Assembly (NCBI GenBank): GCA_963768625.1
Contig: CAVYIK010000003.1
Location: 625 to 64,624 of the forward strand
Length of the DNA: 64,000 nt
Direction of reading: 5' to 3'
Source of the DNA: an uncultured bacterium
GTDB lineage: Bacteria; Patescibacteriota; Minisyncoccia; UBA6257; 2-01-FULL-56-20
Shown one piece after another: positions 59,672 through 64,000 of this stretch. The notes beneath the pieces were generated by a model, which saw only the letters and a list, made by a program, of their open reading frames with translations, searched no databases and was not told the DNA's origin. Each line of letters starts with the position of its first letter. The stretch's first letter is position 1. Both the position numbers and the translations under genes were made by a program.

Positions 59672-60406
59672 ATGACGGCGAACAAAATCATCCTTGAAAT
59701 ACGGGCCGGCGCGGGCGGCGACGAAGCCGCTCTTTTTGCGGGCGACCTCGCGCGCATGTACCAACGCTACGCCGCAAAGCGCGGCTGGCAATTTTCGGTG
59801 CTTGATTCAAGTGCAACGACGCTTCAGGGGTTCAAGAACTTCGTTGCCGAGATGAAAGGAGAAGGATGCTACGAGGCATTCAAGCACGAATCGGGCGTCC
59901 ACCGCGTCCAGCGCATTCCAAGAACCGAAAAGTCCGGGCGCGTGCACACTTCAACCGCTTCGGTCGCGGTCCTGCCCGTCGTAGAGGCAAAAGAAGTGAA
60001 CATCGCTGCGAGCGATATCGAAGCGACCTTTTCCCGCGCCGGCGGCCCCGGAGGGCAGAATGTGAATAAGGTAGAGACTGCCGTGCGCATCCTCCACAAG
60101 CCGACCGGTATCATTGTCTCTTCGCGCGAGGAACGCTCCCAGCATGCGAACCGCGAAAAGGCCATGGACATCCTCCGGGCCAAATTGTACGAGGCCGCAC
60201 AGAACAAGGCGACCGGCTCCGTGACGGACCTCCGCCGCGAACAGGTCGGCTCCGCTGACCGGTCCGAGAAGGTCCGCACGTACAATTTCCCCGACGACCG
60301 CATCACCGACCACCGTATCGGCAAGAAATGGCACAACATAGAAAAAATACTTGAGGGCGACATGGATCCGATCGTGAAGGCGTTTGAAAAGGCGGAGGAG
60401 AAATAA
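59672..60406 (+). CDS. prfA: class I peptide chain release factor, RF1-type, lacking N-terminal domain 1
   Basis: 244 aa starting at ..[38 protein letters not shown] (PxT-type tripeptide) and [10 protein letters not shown] (GGQ). There are only 31 nt to the divergent upstream gene. Confidence 0.8.
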   Translation: MTANKIILEIRAGAGGDEAALFAGDLARMYQRYAAKRGWQFSVLDSSATTLQGFKNFVAEMKGEGCYEAFKHESGVHRVQRIPRTEKSGRVHTSTASVAVLPVVEAKEVNIAASDIEATFSRAGGPGGQNVNKVETAVRILHKPTGIIVSSREERSQHANREKAMDILRAKLYEAAQNKATGSVTDLRREQVGSADRSEKVRTYNFPDDRITDHRIGKKWHNIEKILEGDMDPIVKAFEKAEEK

Positions 60407-60468
60407 AAAAGACAAAAAAAGAGGACCCTCGCCGTGTGCAGCGTGGATCCTCCGTACTCCCTGAAAAA

Positions 60469-60780
60469 TCAGGAAGGAAACCGCATTTTTTCTTTTTCTA
60501 TCCGCTCGTAATCTTCGGGGGTTGGCGAGGTAGATCCAATGCGAACCGACATCCTGCCGCACGGGCAGCGAATATAATAGGCAAGAACCTCTTTCCCGTC
60601 CTCTTCGCCCGCCTCGAGGCGAGCGAAGATGCTCTTCTCGTCGTCTGGTTCAAGTTGCAGTGATGTATTGCAACTCCCACAGGTCAGTGTGGTGCCGACG
60701 TAATCGATCCTCACTGTCCCAGCGTTGAAGAACGCGCAAGACGATTTAGCCGACTTAGTCGGCCTTTCCAATATTTTCAT
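60469..60780 (-). CDS. hypothetical small Cys-containing (zinc-ribbon-like) protein
   Basis: 103 aa with CGSC and CPCG pairs. AGGAGG lies about 9 nt upstream. Confidence 0.4.
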   Translation of the reverse strand: MKILERPTKSAKSSCAFFNAGTVRIDYVGTTLTCGSCNTSLQLEPDDEKSIFARLEAGEEDGKEVLAYYIRCPCGRMSVRIGSTSPTPEDYERIEKEKMRFPS

Positions 60781-60828
60781 GGCTCCCCCCTCCTAGAGGA
60801 ATCTGGCCCTATCTTACGGGAAAAAATC

Positions 60829-61416
60829 CTAGATGTCCACTCCGTAGCGCTTGTAGCTTTGGATCTTTGCGTTCTTTCCGAACCAGTGCTCTATCTCGTG
60901 CTTCGCTTCCTCGGGAGTTTCCGAAGCATGCAGCAAATTGGCCACCGCGCGCTTCTCGCTGTTCGCAAGGAGCGGCGAATCAATGGAATAGTCGCCGCGG
61001 ATGGTCCCCACTTCCGCCTTGTACGGCAAGGTAGGCCCGGCAATCTTGCGAACAACGTCAACCGCGTGGATCCCCTGTATCACCATCTTCACGAGCGGCG
61101 CGGAGGTCATATAGTCAACGAGCCACACGCGCACCATCTTTCCCACTTCAAACTCGTCGTTTGAGCCAAGCTCTTTCTTGGGATCAACGCCGTATTTTTC
61201 GTAAGTAGTGATGGACTTCTGTCCTAGGCGGCGAATCCACGTCTCGTCCTTCGGATAGTGTTCGTCAAGCTGCTGCTTCGTCGGCCGGAACATATCAAGC
61301 GCGACCACTTTCAAATCCCGCTGCTCAAAGCGCTTGATGATCTCGCCCACGAGGCCTTTCTGGACGCCGTCGGGCTTCACCATCACGAACGTCAATTCTT
61401 CTTTCGGGTGTGCCAT
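60829..61416 (-). CDS. ndk: nucleoside-diphosphate kinase (long form with insertion)
   Basis: ELTFVMVKPDGVQKGLVGEIIKRFE, GTIRGDY, NLLHASETPEEAKHEIEHWF. Confidence 0.85.
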   Translation of the reverse strand: MAHPKEELTFVMVKPDGVQKGLVGEIIKRFEQRDLKVVALDMFRPTKQQLDEHYPKDETWIRRLGQKSITTYEKYGVDPKKELGSNDEFEVGKMVRVWLVDYMTSAPLVKMVIQGIHAVDVVRKIAGPTLPYKAEVGTIRGDYSIDSPLLANSEKRAVANLLHASETPEEAKHEIEHWFGKNAKIQSYKRYGVDI

Positions 61417-61420
61417 GGAT

Positions 61421-62819
61421 TTATTGGTTCTCTTTGTTTTGTCCCTTGGAGTCTACCACTCTGATGCCCAGTTCATCAAGCTGCTTTTTTTCCACCGGCG
61501 AGGGAGCGTCCATCACGGAGGTCTGGCCCGACGCCGAGACCGGGAACGCGATCACCTCGCGGATATTCGGCTCGTTCGCAAGGATCATGATGAGGCGGTC
61601 GAGCCCCGGCGCCATCCCGGCGTGCGGCGGCGCGCCGTACTCGTATGCCTTTATGATGTGGCCGAATCGCGCTTCCGTCTGTTCCGGCGTAAGCCCCATG
61701 ATCTCAAACACTTTCCTCTGTACCTTGGGATCCGAAATGCGCACGCCGCCGGAGGCAAGCTCGTAGCCGTTGCAGACAAGGTCGTATTGCTGGGCGCGCA
61801 GATCACCGAGGTCTTCCCCTTTCATCAATTTTTCCACGTGCTCCGGCTTCGGCGCTGAGAACGGATTGTGGGCAAAAGTATATTTCTTCGTGTCTTCGTC
61901 CCATTCAAAGAGCGGGAAGTCCACCACCCACGCGAACGCGAGCGTGTCCGGGTCCTTTTCTTTGCGAAGGTCAAACTTGTCCGCCTTGAACTCCTTCATC
62001 GCCTCTTCGTGCGTGAACACGGGAAACGGCTTTTTCCATATTTTCTTGCCGCACGATTCCGCGACGTGGATCATGAGCCCTTCCACGAGGTCCAAAACAT
62101 CGCGCTCCTTTACGAAAGACATCTCAAGATCTATCTGCGTGTGTTCAAACTGTCGATCGCCGCGCAGATCCTCGTCCCGCATCGCGCGGGCGATCTGGAA
62201 ATATCGCTCCATGCCGGCGATCATCAAAAGCTGCTTGTATTGCTGCGGCGCCTGCGGCAGCGCATAGAAATTCCCCGGTTGCAGCCGCGACGGCACCAGA
62301 AAATCCCGCGCGCCTTCCGGCGATGACTTCGTAAGCATCGGCGTCTCTATCTCCACGAAGCCGTTCTTGTGCATATATTCCCGCGATGAGCGTCGTCACC
62401 TTGTCGCGCAGGAGCAGATTGTTCTTGAGCCGCTCGCGGCGCAGGTCAAGGTAGCGGTACTTCATCCGCGTCTCTTCATCTATTTCGTAGCCGTCCGTGT
62501 CCACGGGCATCGGCAAAGGCTCCGAGGGACTCATGATCGTAAGCTCGGAGGCGCTCACTTCATATTGCCCGGTCGGCATTTTGTCGTTCACCATCGCGGC
62601 AGGGCGTTTTTTGACCTCGCCCTTGACGTGGACCACGTATTCCAACCGCAGTTCGGCGGCGTTTTTAACGCCCGGCCCGAACACGACCTGCGCCAAACCG
62701 CTCCGGTCGCGGAGGTCAATGAACACCAATTTCCCATGGTCGCGGCGCGCGTGCACCCAGCCAAAAAGCTCCACGGCCTCCCCTTCCTTCTTCACAATAT
62801 CCAGAACGGTCGTTCTCAT
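61421..62819 (-). CDS. aspS: aspartate--tRNA ligase (short/archaeal-like type; one frameshift near 62375)
   Basis: The N-terminal OB domain MRTTVLDI..WVHARRDHGKLVFIDLRD (from 62819) is in ORF 62145..62978. The catalytic core FVEIETPMLTKSSPEGARDF, FRDEDLR, ..GGVRI.. is in ORF 61421..62374. Confidence 0.88.
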
Positions 62820-62828
62820 GCGATATGC

Positions 62829-62834
62829 TAATAT
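62829..62834 (+). promoter_or_regulatory. -10-like box TAATAT 7 nt upstream of mgtC ATG
   Basis: gcTAATATtaatacaATG. Confidence 0.35.
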
Positions 62835-62841
62835 TAATACA

Positions 62842-63324
62842 ATGCTTACGTTTGAACAAATGGTTTTGCGGTTCGTGGTGGCCCTCGTTCTCGGCGCGAT
62901 CCTCGGCATCGAGCGGGAGCTCGTTGGCAAAGAGGCCGGCGTGCGGACCGACATGCTCGTCGCGGGCGGCGCCGCCATCTTCGCGATGATCGGCCTATCG
63001 CTCCCCTATATCGCTGCATCGCTCTCCCACAGCACGGTGGACATCCTCTCGCAGACGAACAGTTTCGGGATTATCGCGAGCATCGTAACGGGCATCGGGT
63101 TCCTCGGCGCCGGACTTATCATCAAAACCGGCGACCATCCACACGGTATCACAACCGCTGCGCTCGTCTGGATGACGGCGGCCATCGGCGTCCTCGCAGG
63201 CCTCGGTATCTTCGGATTCGCCGTGACCGCCACCATCCTCACCGCTGTTCTCCTCTACGTCATCCGGAAGTTGGACATCCCCATACGCCTGGAACGGCAA
63301 TCGGGGAAACCGCCGATAAAATAA
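62842..63324 (+). CDS. mgtC: MgtC/SapB family membrane protein
   Basis: MLTFEQMVLRFVVALVLGAILGIERE..GVRTDMLV..GIGFLGAGLI. Confidence 0.85.
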   Translation: MLTFEQMVLRFVVALVLGAILGIERELVGKEAGVRTDMLVAGGAAIFAMIGLSLPYIAASLSHSTVDILSQTNSFGIIASIVTGIGFLGAGLIIKTGDHPHGITTAALVWMTAAIGVLAGLGIFGFAVTATILTAVLLYVIRKLDIPIRLERQSGKPPIK

Positions 63325-63325
63325 G

Positions 63326-63348
63326 CCCCGCATACGCGGGGTCTTTTA
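63326..63348. terminator. hairpin terminator between convergent mgtC and mgtA
   Basis: CCCCGC-atac-GCGGGG followed by TCTTTT. Confidence 0.75.
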
Positions 63349-64000
63349 TTTCTCTATCATCGCCCCGTAGCGGCGGTAGAAATATTTTTTTGCCCACTCC
63401 ACCGCGAAGAGGTATGCGACAACGATAAGGATAATAAGCGCGAGAGTTGACAGGGCGAGCTTTGTGAACCCGAACGGCGCGCCGAGGAAGGAATACGGGA
63501 TGATCCAGGCGACCGCGACCGCGCCGATGGTGCCCGAAACAAGCTCCCAGCTCGGCTTTGTCTTCCAGAAACTGCCGCGATTGCGGATAATGCCGACCAC
63601 GAAGGTCTGCGTGGCGATGGATTCCAGGAACCACCCCGTCTGGAAGCCGCTCGCCGTGACGTGAAGGACAAAAAACAGCATGCCGAACGTCGCAAAATCG
63701 AAGCACGAGCTCAACGGCCCGAAGATGATCATAAAGCTCTTCATGAACCCAATGTCAAACTTTTTCGGGCGCGCAAGGAATTCCTCCTCTACGTTGTCGA
63801 ACGGGATCGCGAGCTGCGAGGAATCATAGAGAAGATTGTTCAACAAGATTTGCGGCGCGGTCATCGGCAGGAACGGCAGGAAGACGGACGCGATCGGCAT
63901 GCTGAACATATTGCCGAAGTTGGAGGAGAGCGCCATCATCAGATATTTGAACGTGTTCGCGAACGTCCGTCGCCCTTCAACAACGCCCTCAATGATCTCC
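63346..64000 (-). CDS. mgtA: P-type Mg2+-transporting ATPase, C-terminal part (5' end outside the window)
   Basis: ..YLMMALSSNFGNMFSMPIASVFLPFLPMTAPQILLNNLLYD.. is typical of MgtA/MgtB TM7-10. Confidence 0.8.
   Translation of the reverse strand, partial: EIIEGVVEGRRTFANTFKYLMMALSSNFGNMFSMPIASVFLPFLPMTAPQILLNNLLYDSSQLAIPFDNVEEEFLARPKKFDIGFMKSFMIIFGPLSSCFDFATFGMLFFVLHVTASGFQTGWFLESIATQTFVVGIIRNRGSFWKTKPSWELVSGTIGAVAVAWIIPYSFLGAPFGFTKLALSTLALIILIVVAYLFAVEWAKKYFYRRYGAMIEK

Overview
The window is moderately GC-rich and looks like a Candidate Phyla Radiation / Patescibacteria (probably Parcubacteria-like) genome. This is based on a 16S rRNA gene with a divergent 515 region, a sparse housekeeping set, a type IV pilus-like cluster and many anchored or secreted hypothetical proteins.

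Housekeeping genes recognised by motif: scpAB, dnaX, holB, mreB, murA, glyQS, aspS, recO, frr, rplS, rpmE, prfA, ndk, msrA, msrB, rseP, mscL, ccdA plus a thioredoxin-like protein, and a DEAD-box helicase. Transporters include a ZnuABC/TroA-type metal uptake operon, an MsbA-like exporter, an ABC-2 exporter, a MacAB-like efflux set, and mgtC with a partial mgtA. RNA genes are one 16S rRNA (minus strand, not followed by 23S/5S), tRNA-Gln(CUG) and tRNA-Leu(GAG).

Points worth a second look:
1. About 19 genes, including essential ones, are broken by frameshifts. This is most likely assembly indel error.
2. A convergent locus at 12.5-16.5 kb next to tRNA-Gln has two paralogous CxxC..CxxC zinc-ribbon proteins. 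One sits in an AT-rich TM-protein/GIY-YIG nuclease module. The other sits in an operon with an orphan GTP cyclohydrolase II homologue and an OMP-decarboxylase::guanylate-kinase-like fusion. This is my best candidate for an undescribed system.
3. The 16S 3' end reads GGAUCA-AUUAAAC, with no CCUCC anti-Shine-Dalgarno. At least ten operon-leading genes have a TATAAT-like box 6-8 nt before the ATG, which suggests leaderless mRNAs. Internal genes nevertheless carry good SD-like motifs.
4. Two ~70-nt perfect palindromes (16.7 kb and 58.8 kb) share a conserved 12-nt loop and have covarying stems.
5. Four stem-loops with a CATCTG centre lie in a terminator-bounded intergenic region at 57.1 kb.
6. The RF1-type release factor lacks domain 1.
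7. An unknown two-gene operon (27.2-29.4 kb) includes a MYG1/DHH-like protein.
8. An SD-rich envelope cluster with OmpA-like domains lies at 53.5-57.0 kb.
9. An AT-rich patch carries MazG-like, HNH and LAGLIDADG genes, with the LAGLIDADG gene abutting tRNA-Leu.

All calls come from reading the sequence and the ORF translations. No database search was run.
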